64,000 nt of DNA from Octopus sinensis. Taxonomy: Eukaryota. The position numbers and the translations under genes are program-made. The notes beneath the pieces are model-generated. The model was given only the letters and a program-made list of their open reading frames with translations. It was not told the DNA's origin and did not search any database. This document shows, piece by piece, positions 1-13,321 of the stretch. How positions within the stretch are numbered: the first letter of the stretch is position 1; each line of letters opens with the position of its first letter. The stretch spans positions 9,982,001 to 10,046,000 of the forward strand of contig NC_043002.1 in NCBI RefSeq assembly GCF_006345805.1. The letters are read 5' to 3'.

Positions 1-182
1 TTATTATTATTATATATATAAATATACTTAAGTAGGTGAATGAATTATCCTATGTTTATCGTCAGCATGGAAAATTCGTTTAACCGAAACCTGGGTAGCA
101 AATTCACGTCAGAAAACACGGTTGAAGCGACCTGTCAAGGGTAGAAACTCCGGGTTCATGTGTAGAAATTTGTGTGTTGTAT

Positions 183-303
183 ATGAATAAATGAAAGAAT
201 GGAGTCGAACGAAGGAATGAAAATATGCTGTCTTCGAAACATGTGTCGAGAGTAAAGGAATTTTGTTAACATCTTCGTTCGACTCCATTCTTTCATTATT
301 CAT
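183..303. repeat. Fold-back remnant of a Penelope-like pseudo-LTR (about 31-bp inverted arms) with half a hammerhead core
   Basis: ATGAATAAATGAAAGAATGGAGTCGAACGAAG (183-214) is the near-perfect reverse complement of 273-303. GAAAC-ATGT-GTC at 236-247. Same family as the 60763-61160 palindrome. Confidence 0.75.
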
Positions 304-317
304 ATATATAAATATAT

Positions 318-406
<89 letters not shown>

Positions 407-1579
407 ATACATATATATAGATAGATAGATAGACAGATAGACAGATAGATATGATAAATGAAAGACGGAAGATGGAATATATGAGAATTTTTATCATTAA
501 TCACGACGATTGCTTCAACACATCTAGCATCGACCCTTCACAGGTGGGACACTCAACAACTGGTTCAGGAGCATCCGGTGGTACAGATATATCATATCGA
601 GTGATAAATAGATACAACACATTAAAATAACAGTTCCGCGATGTATCCTCTCATTTTAGTGAAAAGAAAAGCCGCAACACGAAGGAAACACTTTTATTTA
701 CATAGACGATCGAAAATAAAATGGCTGATGGAAAAAATCCAATGAACATGTAATACAGCGAGAAAAAAATATATAAAATAACCGTTAGTAGATATGGATG
801 TATGAACATAACTGCTTGGAATGAGTTATAGCAATTAAAATTTTCAGAAGAAAATTGTCTTAATACTCTCAACTCAGTGGTTATAATTGTGCGTATGCAC
901 GTGTGTATATGTTTAAGTGCTTATATGCATACGTACGTGAGTGTATTTCTTGTGCATATGTTACATTATTCTTTATGTGCAAAATAAACCTTGAGAAATG
1001 AAAAAACTAAGACATTTCCATTATTAATGAAATTCTCCCATTCATCATTATATGCCTTACATATGTTTAATATTATGAGTCTTTCAAACATCAAATACTT
1101 AAATAAAATATCGAACCACACTTTCCCTTACCTTATAAGCTTCAAGATAAGCTGCCTCAGAAATATGGAATGATATATAGAAATGTTTGTATTTGTTCTC
1201 AACGACAACGCATTGCAGATAGCAGCTGTTTCATAATAAATAAAACTTCAGATGTTTCTGACAGTAGGCTTTCAGCGATAATTATTAGCATTTGATTTAT
1301 CACGTGTGCCGTAAAATATTATTATTATGTACTAGAGCCTATTTCCCTACATTTCTTTCGATTTCCGCCCAAAAGTTCTCTCTGTGTGTATCATACGTAC
1401 AGCAATTATCTTTCAACGACCCACTGTGATCTCTTGATCTGCAGATTATTCCAAGAAAATAAGGAAGAATTTCCCATATATTTAACTAGTTATTCTTTAT
1501 GTTTTATATCTTACACGTTTCAGTCATTCAACTTCGACCATCGTGGGACACCACACCGAACAAATGTACCAGAATGTAC

Positions 1580-1850
1580 GGATCGGGCTGCGTGTTGTGT
1601 TCTTGAGCAAGGCACTTTATTTCACGTTGCTCCAGTTCACTCAGCAGTAGAAATGAGTTGCGACGTCACTAGTGCCAAGCTGTATCGACCTTTGTCTTTC
1701 CCTTGGATAACACTGGTGGCGTGGAGAGGGGAGGCTGGTATGCATGGGCCACTGCTGGTCTTCCATAAACAACCTCGCCTGGACTTGTGTCTAGGAGGGT
1801 AACTTTCTAGGTGCAATCCCATGGTCTGTGTCGTGACCGAAGGGGGTCTC
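1580..1850 (+). mobile_element. tRNA-derived SINE, family C (5' truncated)
   Basis: GTTGTGTTCTTGAGCAAGGCACTTTATTTCACGTTGCTCCAGTTCACTCAGC core shared with copies at 20184, 41479 and 14750. Confidence 0.8.
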
Positions 1851-2044
1851 CGACTCCTGTTACGGAGGCGTAAACAAAACGAAAATGGGTTGGCAAGCAC
1901 GTGTTTGATGACAAACACAAACACAAGTATTCGCACCCCCCACGCCCACACAAATATGTAGTCTTTTGTGAAGACGGTTCTCGAAGTACATATATGGCTA
2001 TAAATATCAGCGTGTAGGTATAGGGTTGAAAAAACATTTTTGAG

Positions 2045-2196
2045 TGCAGGAGTAGCTGTGTGGTATGTAGCTTGCTTACCGACCACATGGTTCCGGATTC
2101 AGTCCCACTGCGTGAGCAAGTGGCTTCTACTATAGGCACGGGCCGACCAAAACCTTGTGAGTGGATATGGTAGACGGACTGAAAGAAACCCGTCGT
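2045..2196 (+). mobile_element. SINE family A, 5' part
   Basis: GCAGGAGTAGCTGTGTGGTATGTAGCTTGCTTACCGACCACATGGTTCCGGATTCAGTCCC matches the head of the full copies at 53387 and 58341. Confidence 0.8.
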
Positions 2197-2197
2197 A

Positions 2198-2227
<30 letters not shown>

Positions 2228-2228
<1 letters not shown>

Positions 2229-2332
2229 GAGTAGTTGAATGGATTATCTTATTAAGGATAATTCAGCCTTCGAAACATATGTCGAAAATAAAGGAATTTT
2301 GTTAATTCGTCGTTCAGCTTCCATTCTTTCAA

Positions 2333-2340
<8 letters not shown>
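2228..2340 (+). mobile_element. PLE pseudo-LTR remnant with 3' half of a hammerhead
   Basis: CTTC-GAAAC-ATAT-GTC-GAAAATAAAGGAATTTTG at about 2268-2300, similar to 232-270 and 61083-61114. Confidence 0.6.
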
Positions 2341-2362
<22 letters not shown>

Positions 2363-2363
<1 letters not shown>

Positions 2364-2545
2364 CGCCATGATAGATCGCTAGCCACTACACATTCTTTAT
2401 TTTCTCTACTTGTTCTTTCTGTTCCTTTCTGCGGAAGAGCGTCGGTTCAAAATGTTAGACTTTTTCACTTTCCGAGCGTTATACTAATACATCTGTTTGT
2501 TGTCTACACCCCCTGTCTTCGTCTTTTTTTTTGTGAATTCTCCAT
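2363..2545 (+). mobile_element. PLE pseudo-LTR (solo copy)
   Basis: Aligns along its length with 6710-6890, the 3' end of the PLE at 5330-6890. Degenerate hammerhead-like CTGCGGA-AGAGC-GTCG-GTTC-AAAATGTT. Confidence 0.7.
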
Positions 2546-2629
2546 ATATATATATATGTATATTAATATATATATACATATATGTGTGTGTGTGTGAGTG
2601 TGTGTGTGAGTGTGTGTGTGTGTGAGTAT

Positions 2630-2825
2630 GTTTGTGGATTTGTATTTGTCCTCCCACCATCGCTTGACAATCGATGTTGGCGTGTTCACATCCCCGTAAC
2701 CTAGCGGTTCAGCAATAGAGACCGATAGATTAAATAGTAGGCTTACAAGAATAGTCCTGGGCTCGATTTCTTCGACTAAAGGTGGTGCTCCAGCGTGGCC
2801 GCAGTAAAATGACTGAAACAAATAA
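2630..2825 (+). mobile_element. SINE family A, 3' part
   Basis: CCACCATCGCTTGACAATCGATG...AAAGGTGGTGCTCCAGCGTGGCCGCAGTAAAATGACTGAAACAA matches the 3' half of family A. Confidence 0.8.
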
Positions 2826-2848
2826 AAAATATTAAAGAATATTAATAG

Positions 2849-2883
<35 letters not shown>

Positions 2884-2893
2884 ATATATAATA

Positions 2894-2939
<46 letters not shown>

Positions 2940-2951
2940 ATATATATATAT

Positions 2952-2989
<38 letters not shown>

Positions 2990-2991
2990 GT

Positions 2992-3035
<44 letters not shown>

Positions 3036-3039
3036 AATT

Positions 3040-3367
3040 TTTTTGCGTAATAGTTAAAAAAACCAAGGCTGTATAGATATTAGAGTATTTATAGATAGAA
3101 GGCTTTACAGCTGTTTCTAGGATATTTATTAATTATATCCCTTCATCGGAGACGGTGTGAGAGGATGGTTAAGTCATAGTTTGTTCAGATGTGATACAAT
3201 ACAGAGTATTTTGTATCATATCTAAACTAACTATGACTTAACTTTCCTCTCACACCGTCTCCGATGAAGGGATATTATCAATTAATATCCTAGAAACAGC
3301 TGTAATACCTATCTATAAATGCTCTAATATCTATACCCCTTGGTTTTTTATCTTAGTACGCAAAAAA
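3040..3367. repeat. About 330-bp palindrome of a PLE pseudo-LTR with mirror-image hammerhead motifs
   Basis: Arms of about 160 bp around a centre near 3205. + strand CCGATGA (3261-3267), stem II GGATATT/AATATCC, GAAAC-AGCT-GTA (3293-3304). Mirror copy at 3106-3149 on the - strand. Confidence 0.85.
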
Positions 3368-3398
3368 CGACACCATTATCTCTCTATAGATATATTAT

Positions 3399-3447
<49 letters not shown>

Positions 3448-3954
3448 CATACATACATACATACATACATACATACATACATACATACATACATACATAC
3501 GTACATATATATATATATATGATGGCCGTCCACTTTTGCCTGACCAAACCAAAGATCCCAAAAAGGTCCAATGTCATTCCCTGCATATCTGATATTATAT
3601 CAGAATGGCCTTCTTCTAGAGACATGCTTCAACTGAAGCTAAGGGGTGCTTCCCTCCCAGTGGTTTTCCACCACGCCGGACACCATCCCGAAATTTCTAC
3701 GTACTCTGGCTATTGCTAGAAAGCCGACTTTCAGCAGGACTTGTATTTAATCCTGCTGTGTTTCTAGCAACTCTTCTCACCAGGGTAGCCTGGTGATGAC
3801 GCCGGCTGGTTTAGTCGCCGACAATCCGACCATGCAACAGGTTGTACTGGACTCCATGTTAAAATTAACACTTATGATAGCCTCATAAGTGACTTGACAT
3901 ACATTCTGATATATATATATATATACATACACACACGCTAACAGCATACAAAAC

Positions 3955-4735
3955 TGAATATTAAACCTACAGGGTACACCGGTCGACAGGGAATTTCAAT
4001 CCCAGAGCCTAAGTCAGTGAGGGACCTGGGTATCGACATGAGTGATGATACCTCTTTCCAAGTGCACATTACCAGGATGGCGACAAAGTGCAGACGACTG
4101 GCTGGCTGGATTCTAAGAACATTCAGAACCAGAGATAAGGAAACCACGATGGTCCTCTGGCGGACATTCGTCCTCAGCCGACTGGATTACTGCTCACAGC
4201 TATGGTCACCTACCAGTGTGAGATTAACAGCGGACCTTGAAACAATCCAGAGAAGATTCACAATAAAGATCGTCTCTTTGCAACAGCTCAGTTACTGGGA
4301 AAGGATGAAACAACTAAGACTCTACTCCCTGGAGAGAAGACGGGAGAGGTATGCAGTAATATATGTTCTGGAAGATCCTGGAAGGAATTGTGCCAAATTT
4401 TGGCATTGAAAGCTACACTAATGGCAGAACGGGACGAGACTGCATAGTGCCAAAGATGCTAGCAATGCCATTACGCTTCAGGACCAGTTACTGCAACAGC
4501 CTGGGTTTCAAGGGCCCACAGCTTTTAAATATTCTCCCAAAGAGTGTGAGGAACTTGCACAAAGTAGATGTAGGGTTTTTAAAATCAAAGCTGGACCTCT
4601 TCCTGTCGAGAGTCCCAGATGAGCCTACCTCACGGCAAGAGGTGCAAATAAGGGTAGCTATATCAAATTCTATTCTTCATCAAGTACCACATATTAGAGG
4701 AGGCTCCTAGTAATAACAGTGTAGCGCAAAACGGC
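3955..4735 (+). mobile_element. CR1/L2-group LINE, 5'-truncated, frameshifted RT C-terminus
   Basis: ORFs 4017-4409 and 4363-4710: DLGIDMSDDTSF..HI, SRLDYCSQLWSP, LETIQRRFT, YWERMKQLRLYSLERRRERY, FLKSKLDLFL are typical CR1/L2 RT C-terminal motifs. Confidence 0.9.
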
Positions 4736-4811
4736 GGTGCATATATATGATATATATATATATATATATATATTATATAATATACATATATATATATATG
4801 TATATATATAT

Positions 4812-4937
<126 letters not shown>

Positions 4938-5329
4938 TGCTAACTCTATGGGCTAATGCATAAGCACCCCGCGTTGAGTGCATTGCATTTTATAGCAGAA
5001 AAAACCGTTAGCCAATAAAGTTCATGACATTATCTCATTATTTAGTGATTTATTTTATTTCTTGTTACCCATCTGTGCTGAACTGGCGTTTTTGTTTTGT
5101 TTGAAAGCGTGCACATATGTATTTGAAAGACTTGTGAATGTTACTTAATACGGTTTTTAATTATAAAGAATATATCTTTAACATTACTATTTTTTAAGGC
5201 TATAAATGTGTGAGCGCTTTCGTTTAACCTTTCTCCTTTCTCTCTATGTATTGATATTTCGCTTATTTATAATGATGCTAATAACTTGGTGTAGAACTAA
5301 ATATAAATATGCTACACGAGTACACATTC

Positions 5330-6890
5330 ATTGAAGTTTTCTTAAGAAAAGCAACACACCTTCCCCGAAAATACTGCCGTACATATCCACATCCAGCCCT
5401 AGAAATAAAGAAGCCTTCACCATCATCACCCAAAATTTACCAATGCTACACAAGGACCCCAAATTACAGGAAATTACAGTTCCGTGGACTGTGCATCTAC
5501 TCTCTCTCCTCGCACCCGCCCCGCCGTCACCCCTTTTCCCTCACATACCACCCCACCACCATACCCTCCAATGCACCATTCTCCGAGCCTTCCAGCGACT
5601 TCAGTCCGACTCCTCCACTTCGCACATCTTCACTAACCAACCTATCCCCTCCTTCAAACGAGCCCACAACCTACAAGACCTCTTGGTCCACAGCTTCTTA
5701 TATAACACAACCTCCCAACCCAGCTCGTTCACATGCCATGCCCACGCTTCCACACTTGCCCTTACCTCTCCAAAACCACCGTCCACACCGGCACCCATCA
5801 TCGACCCTATCATATCACCGACTCCTTCACCTGCACTTCTAGCAACGTCATCTACTGCATCTGCTCTCTCTGCCCTTCTCTATATATCGGGCAAACGGGA
5901 CGCCGTTTGGTTGATCGGTTCGCGGAACACCTCCGAGATATCCTAATCGTCAATGACACCCCGGTCTCGTGCCATTTCCGCTCTACCGGTCACTCTTTGC
6001 AGCACCTGTCTGTGTTCGGGATTGTCTTTGCACAAGGGCCATCAGGACTCCCGTCTTCACCGTGAACAGTGATTAATCTTCTCCCTTCGCTCTTTTGCAC
6101 CACATGAGCTCAACTCACCTCCCCTCATCCTCAGACCCTCCTCCCCTCTCCTCTCTTCCTCTCACATCCACTTCCTCCCACCCACCTCTCCTCTCATGCT
6201 CCGACTCCTATTTCTTCTCTTCACTACTACCCTCCTCCTCTCTTCTCTTCACTCTTGCCCACAGTCTCCCTCCGTCGTAACCTACACCTTCACAATCTCA
6301 CACCACCTTCCCTATCCGTCCCATCCCACCCTACTCCATCGCTTACAACCATCCTCACATGCCCCACCTCCACCGTCACCCTCAGCGTAACCACACCGCA
6401 ACCTTGCTTTCCCCACTCTCGCTTCCCCCACATCCTAACTCCACCATATCAAACAACATCACACCACACAACACCATATTACACCACACCACATCACAGC
6501 ACCACGCACACACTAGCACCGACCAATTCCAGCACCAACAACATCATCAACACACCTACTCATGCACAAACGCACACGTCAAGATCAGCAGCCCTCTTCC
6601 ACACGCACATACATGCTCTCTTATTCACACGCACGCACACCTTCGTTTTGGGATCACTACTACTTTATTATCTCCCCTTCCTCCTAGCCCTGGTGACCAC
6701 TCTGTCCGGCATTCGGCATGATAGATCGTTAGCCACTACACATTTTTCATATTCTCTCCCTGTTTCTTTCTGTGTTCCATTCTGTGGAAGGCCGTAGGCT
6801 CGAAACGTTAAAGACTTTTTCACCTCCCGAGCGTTAAACTAATACATCTGTTTGTTGTCTACACTACCTGCCTTCGTCTTTTGTTTTTAT
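5330..6890 (+). mobile_element. Penelope-like element 3' portion (linker, GIY-YIG endonuclease, 3' UTR, pseudo-LTR), frameshifted
   Basis: FKRAHNLQDLLVHS linker and CPRFHTCPY..FTCTSSNVIYCICSLCPSLYIGQTGRRLVDRFAEH GIY-YIG. pLTR at about 6700-6890 with GCTC-GAAAC-GTT. 5330-5475 resembles the linker of the 24.6-25.9 kb PLE family, so this is probably a junction of two families. Confidence 0.9.
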
Positions 6891-6896
6891 GAATTA

Positions 6897-6961
<65 letters not shown>

Positions 6962-6965
<4 letters not shown>

Positions 6966-7112
6966 GACGGGTTTCTTTCAGTTCCCCTCTTTCAAATCCA
7001 GTCACAAGGCTTTGGTCGGACTGAGGCTAGAGCGGAAGACACTTGCCCAAGGTGCCATGCAGTGGGACTGAACCCAAACCCATTTGGTTCGAAAGCAAGT
7101 TTCTTAGCACAC
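6962..7112 (-). mobile_element. SINE family A, partial
   Basis: Reverse complement of the family A head and middle (AAGACACTTGCCCAAGGTGCCATGCAGTGGGACTGAACCC). Confidence 0.75.
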
Positions 7113-7278
7113 TGCCACACACACACATGTACCTATATATCTTATATGAATAAACTTGTATGTGTGTGTGTGTGTGTGTGTTTTTGTTTGTATGTTCGCT
7201 TTTCATGCAAAAACGGCTGCACAAATTGCTTCTCTATTTGGGATGCATGAAGAATTTGATCTAGGATACATAATAGGC

Positions 7279-7696
7279 TCTTTACTCTCTCTTTTTACTC
7301 TTTTACTTGTTTCAGTCATTTGACTGCGGCCATGCTGGAGCACCGCCTTTAGTCGAGCAAATCGACCCCGGGACTTATTCTTTGTAAGCCCAGTACTTAT
7401 TCTATCGGTCTCTTTTGCCGAACCGCTAAGTGACGGGGACGTAAACACACCAGCATCGGTTGTCAAGCAATGCTAGGGGGACAAACACAGACACACAAAC
7501 ACACACATACATATATGTATATATACATATATACGACAGGCTTCTTTCAGTTTCCGTCTACCAAATCCACTCACAAGGCATTGGTCGGCACGGGGCTATA
7601 GCAGAAGACACTTACGCAAGGTGCCACGCAGTGGGACTGAACCCGGAACCATGTGGTTGGTTAGCAAGCTACTTACAACACAGCCACTCCTGCGCC
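7279..7696 (-). mobile_element. SINE family A, full length
   Basis: Head GGCGCAGGAGTGGCTGTG starts at 7696 on the - strand; (GAGTAAAA)n-like tail at about 7279-7310; near-identical to 58341-58752. Confidence 0.92.
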
Positions 7697-8529
7697 TATA
7701 CTGTATTTTTTTTAATTAAACATAAATAATATTGTTTTTTTATATGATTTACTTCTTTAAAAAAAGCTGCTCAATGTCAACTTCCGGTTTTGATGTAAAA
7801 CGGTGAAATTTTCCGGTTTCATTTGCAAAATCTCTCACTCTCAATTTTAATGTTTTCATTTCAAGTTTTAATTCGCCATTTGCAAGCAAGTACGATAAAT
7901 TATTGAAAGAAATATGTACTGAGTTCATGAATTTAAATATTCGGTACGACAGTTTTTAATGAGCTTTTATTTATATCGTTTTTTCATTTCATATTTATTT
8001 CATTAATTGTTTGCAGTTTTCACTCTCCTCTTTCTCTCTCTCTCACGCACAAGTGAGTCACCCACACATACGTGTGTATTTTTATGTATGTTTGTATACA
8101 TTTATTATGTATGTGTGTGTGTGAGAGAGAGAGAGAGAGAGTCAGTCAAGGGATGTATTGTCATGTATACTTACATAAATACACATCCATACATCTTCTT
8201 TGTATGTATTTGCGCGCATGTGTTTATGTGTGTGAGACAAAGAGAAAGAGAGTTTGATGACTAAGTGGCACCCTTTATTTCTCTCTCTCTCTCTCTCTCA
8301 AACGCACACACATCCATTTCATCTGCTGTTTGATACTGTATGCTTGAGCCATTCCACAATTGTCATTTATTTCAGTCACTCTTGTGAGGATATTCACGTA
8401 ACTCATTTCTTTCATGTAATCCCCATTTTAATTTTCAAAATGTTTCCGAGAACAATATTTTCACCCACTACCAGTGGAGACAGCATATATGCAGATGATC
8501 AGTATCCTACAGTGAAGCAAAGGCGAGTA

Positions 8530-9885
8530 CAGGTAGCCAGTGTCAATGTTGAATTCTGCAACTCTATTTACTCTGTAAGTTTTCAAATATATAAACAAAG
8601 GTTTAGATGCTGCAACATACACTCTTATGCAGACTGGAGATCAGCGGATAAATAAATGTGACTAGGATGCAGAGTATGACAGAGGAAGATACATCAGTAC
8701 AAATGAGGCTTTTTGGCACATCTTCAATTTTTCCATCCATGAGAGGCACCCAGTCATCATTCATCTGACTGTCCATATAAAGAATGGCCACAGGGTTACC
8801 TTTACAAAACAAAAATCCTTGCAACACGCCCTTTCTCCAAACGGAACTAATCTTACTTTTTAAAGTTGTTTCAAGTATGTGAAGACGCAAGAAAACTCCT
8901 TTACCCACAATTACCCAAGTATTACTCCTGGGAAAACAATAAATGGCGCAAGAGCAATCGAGCTGACGCTCTTGCAAGAGGTTACAGTGACCCTACCCAA
9001 ACCAAACAGAATACTACGGCCCATGAAATACGTGGTCCCAAATCATTCTAAGATTCGAAGTGGGGAAATGGTCGTGTGTGTGTGAATCTTATAGGGAAGC
9101 ATGCTATCAACAAATTTTGTTTAGAAAATGAGTATTGAGACTTTGCATTGACTGAAGCATCAGTAGCAGATTCTCCAAGGGAACTACATAATCTTTGTGC
9201 AATTATATTGAACTTGTGTCCACTTGGCAATCCTCTACAGCTTTGGATGAAACATCGTGAAGACATGGCCGAGGACTTAAAGTATGAGGTTCAACAGGAA
9301 AAAGCCAGATATCAATACTCAGTTCTCTGAAACTATTTTTAACTAAGCACTGATTGAAATTGACGATCACGTTTTGGCCATGGGAGGGAAAAATTTGCAA
9401 TAGTCTGTCTCTGAACTACGAAAAACAAACCGTCGAAATAGTGATTTAATTTCAAGAGAGATACCAACAGACACAGATTACGACATCACAGACCTTGTTG
9501 CATTTGTGAATGAACATGAATCTAAACTTCTTCCAGAGCAACGCTGTGCATATGATATATTTGTTTTTGCTATTCTTATTACTATTATTATATTTGTATT
9601 CCGTTCTACTCTAGGCACAAGGACCCAAAGTTTTAGGGAGAGGCAAGACGATTAGATTCACACCAATAAGCAACTGGTACTTAATTTATCGACCCCGAAA
9701 GGATGAAAGGCAGTGTTGACCAAGTTAGATTATTCTATTTGTATTATGAATTCAGAACTGATTTCTCAATTGAAGAATAAATTGATTTTAGAATAACAAA
9801 TTTCTATACAATATATTTTGTTTTTTTTTCTTCCAATATATAAGGAACGATTTCATTCCTGGGGAACGCCGTCTGCCTCTGCTAG
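8530..9885 (+). mobile_element. Helitron fossil: disrupted Rep/helicase segment plus 3' terminus
   Basis: Translated pieces VNVEFCNS, GRYISTNEAFWHIFNFSIHERHPVIIHLTVHIKNGHRVTF, LLYPQLPKYYSW, HEIRGPKSF, SPRELHNLCAIILNLCPLGNPLQLWMKHREDMAED and KLLPEQRCAYD match Helitron RepHel. A degenerate hairpin CCTGGGGAACGCCG is followed by CTAG|T at 9882-9886. Confidence 0.88.
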
Positions 9886-9919
<34 letters not shown>

Positions 9920-10121
9920 TATGTGTGTGTATGTGTGTGCGTATGTGTGTGTAAATATATATCATATATATATATACATATATATAAATATATATCACAT
10001 GTATATACATATATATACACATATATGTACATATATATACATATATATATACACACACATATATATATATATATACATATGTATATATACATATATATGT
10101 ATACATGTGTGTATGAGAGTG

Positions 10122-10163
<42 letters not shown>

Positions 10164-11429
10164 CCTCTCAGCATAATCTCACCTGTAGCCACTGTAGCAA
10201 CGTGATAATTGTGATGTGTTTGTAGACGTAATCTAGCCAACACATGAAAGACTGCTGGCAATAACAAGAAATATAGATTTCTGTATCTAAAGAAGCGTAG
10301 ACGTTTGAAGAAAGAATTTGCATAAACGCAAGTGGCAGGTGCATCAATAACAATCATCTGATTATGAAATTTACTTTAAGCGCCATATTTCAGTTTATTG
10401 ACATTTATTATATTATTTCGAAAGGGATTGCACAACACGCAGAGGTGTGATTTCCATTTAACATCGTTTCAATCCTGGAAATATAAACTGGAGTATGTCT
10501 CCTACAATATTGGCTAATTTGCAATCTGTAAAAGAAAATAATATATAATCACATTTCTTTGAATAGGAGAGGTGTGTTGTACGAACATACTTTTAAGAAA
10601 AATGTAGTATAATTCTATGAGAATAAATTTCATAACATATCAGAATTGAGAACATATCATTAAAGCAGCCCGTACGTGGGATTGTCATAAAACTGTCTGT
10701 TTAAATATGACAGTGGCTGAAATGGATTATGAAAAAGTGGGCTAGAAAAGGGATGAAAAATTATGGATATCTGAAAATCAAATGGTAGGCTGTGTGATAT
10801 TAGTTGGACTCTTGGAAATCCCTCTAAATGGAAAAAAAAATTAGAGGACATATTCAAGAAATAAAGGATGATTTGTATTTTTATAGCATTCATAGTTTAG
10901 CTTTCTGTAAATATTCTTGACGTTCGACTACATTTATTTCCTCCCGTCTCCACCGGTGTTGTTTCTTTCCTCTTTTTGTTATATTTTCTCGTTGTTTCTC
11001 TCTGATCCGAATTCTATATCTATGCAGTCTTTCTTGGGCACCTTGCAACCGTGTACCTTGTGAATCTAGAATTTAGGCTAAATTAACTCTCATAAAAGAA
11101 TATCAATTTTTTAAGCAACAGACGATACATAATAGCCCCTATGCGTTAAGCGATAGTCCTCATAAAAAAAAATTCACCACAACCTCTATCTGCTTCTCTC
11201 TTTCTCAACATAATTCCCTACCCTGTCCATCTCTCTCTCTATCTACCTCTCCCGTCAGTTAACAACACTTCGAATTTATAACACAGGCGTTCACATCAAC
11301 AATCCTCAAACCAAAGACAAAAATGAAATAGAATATAAATCAATATAAGACGAATTAGTACATCTTTACATCGTATCTTATGAGGCTGTAAGTGGTAAAA
11401 TAAGTTATGGAATGGATGTTCAATGAAAT

Positions 11430-11990
11430 AGTGTATATCGTGACAAGAATTCACTGAAGCATGTTACAATTGGGACACGTAATTGGCAAGCTCCAAGAAG
11501 GAAGAAACGTGTCGGAATTTCCCATGAATCTTTGCTGCAGGTGTTTTTGATTCTCTTCGATATTATATGTTGAATATTAAACACATCTACGAACAGATTT
11601 TCTCTGAGATAAAAAAGCTCGGCGGCATACAGTGTAAGGCAGACGGCAATCCCAAATGCACACTTTGACTGACACAGCCTGTGCACATAGACCTTTTGGG
11701 TTACCTTACAGCACTTTCATTAAGAGATGCTTAATACTTTCATTCACTTTTCCAGTGCTTCTGGCAGTTAACTCAACTAGTTGTAGAATGTTGACTAAAA
11801 TCTAAGTGGCATCTACTCTCGTAGACAGTTCAGATTTGCCTCTCTTTCAGCATTTAGTGTTCACGACGAGGTAACAACGTCGAAATGAATGCATCCGTTG
11901 ATCAGGGTAGAGGTTACTGCGAACTTACAAAGTTTTCTCTTCAGCCTGAGGTTTTCTCCACGAAGAATGCAGTGAATAGCCTTCTCACGG
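11430..11990 (+). mobile_element. Tc1-type transposase fossil (N-terminal half, heavily decayed)
   Basis: GHVIGKLQEGRNVSEF resembles the Tc1 N-terminal GRIIGKLEEGRSV motif; ELTKFSLQPE resembles the first-D DESRFSLxxD motif; many stops. The paralog at about 30990-32475 is split by the solo LTR. Confidence 0.55.
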
Positions 11991-12283
11991 GTATGCATAC
12001 ATACATACACGCGCGCGCGCGCACAGACACACACGCACATATACAAACACACACACACATACATACAAACACACACACACACATATATATATATACATAT
12101 ATCTATATCTATCTATCTATCTATCTATCCACATATATATATATATATATATTTTTAGACAGGACTCAAAAATGGAAAACAGGAACACTTGAATAATGCA
12201 CAATAATCAAATACAAACGACGACAAAAGTCCCTCCAAATCTGCGCGTAGGACCTTTAATTATAAACTTGGGTTTATCCTAAT

Positions 12284-12572
<289 letters not shown>

Positions 12573-12678
12573 ACCAACTGTTTGTCTGTCTTTATATATG
12601 TCTGCATGTATGCATACATGTGTGTGTGTGTGTGTGTTGTGTGTGTGTATGTTGTGTGCACGTGTGTAAGATTACTTT

Positions 12679-12709
<31 letters not shown>

Positions 12710-13117
12710 TATATTATATATATATATATATAGATATATGAAGAGCGCGTGTTAACAGTAAAGCATTGGGTCATACTTGCATCATACATCATCTCTAGTG
12801 TTGCCACACCGTTCACAATGTTGCAGTACTTCTTTATACAGAGATTGTGGTAGACACCAAGCCCCTGAAAACCATGGTTCATGCAAGCCCCTCTGCGGTC
12901 TAGGCAATCTGAAAATATCAAACAAATAATTTGTGATTCGAAGTGAAACGTTGCTTTGCTTCATTATACATATCATACGTACGTCCATTTCCCCCTGTCT
13001 AACTTTCCCGACAGCTAACTTTTTAACCACGTAATATGTATTCATTTTCCACCCCACGCACCTCCTAATACTTCTCTATTGCTTTTCTCTCATCGTCTTT
13101 TTCTCTCGTACTTATGT

Positions 13118-13320
13118 TTGTATGTATGTCATTATTCACTCTAATTCCAAGATTTACTGCCGATAGAGAAGGAGCTGATTGCTGCCCTATATTCAAATAT
13201 CCTTCACTGGAATTTTAACATCAACAACAGTGTATTTTTGTATGCGCAGATATCTATGTTTTGTTTTATGTATGTATCTCATGCATATTTTGCATATATA
13301 GACATGCTCCTGTATACATT
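13118..13320 (-). mobile_element. 3' UTR fragment of an R4/Dong-type family with a (CATA)n tail
   Basis: Aligns with 49865-50090, which is contiguous with RLE-type coding sequence. Paralog at about 33058-33280. Confidence 0.65.
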
Positions 13321-13321
13321 T

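Noticed and set aside
3520-3900. GC-richer block between microsatellites (also 57820-58300 and 60190-60600)
   Set aside because: Probably old LINE pieces, but the motifs were too weak to support a call.
10185-10523. Apparent exon on the - strand (TTTTACAG acceptor, CAG|GTGAG donor)
   Set aside because: All three frames contain stops in both copies and there is no recognisable product.
11420-11686. - strand ORF with GIAVCLTLYAAELF, resembling a transporter or Cys-loop receptor TM segment; open in both duplicates
   Set aside because: The + strand carries Tc1 transposase motifs, no flanking receptor or transporter motifs or exons were found, and the copies are too similar for shared openness to imply selection.
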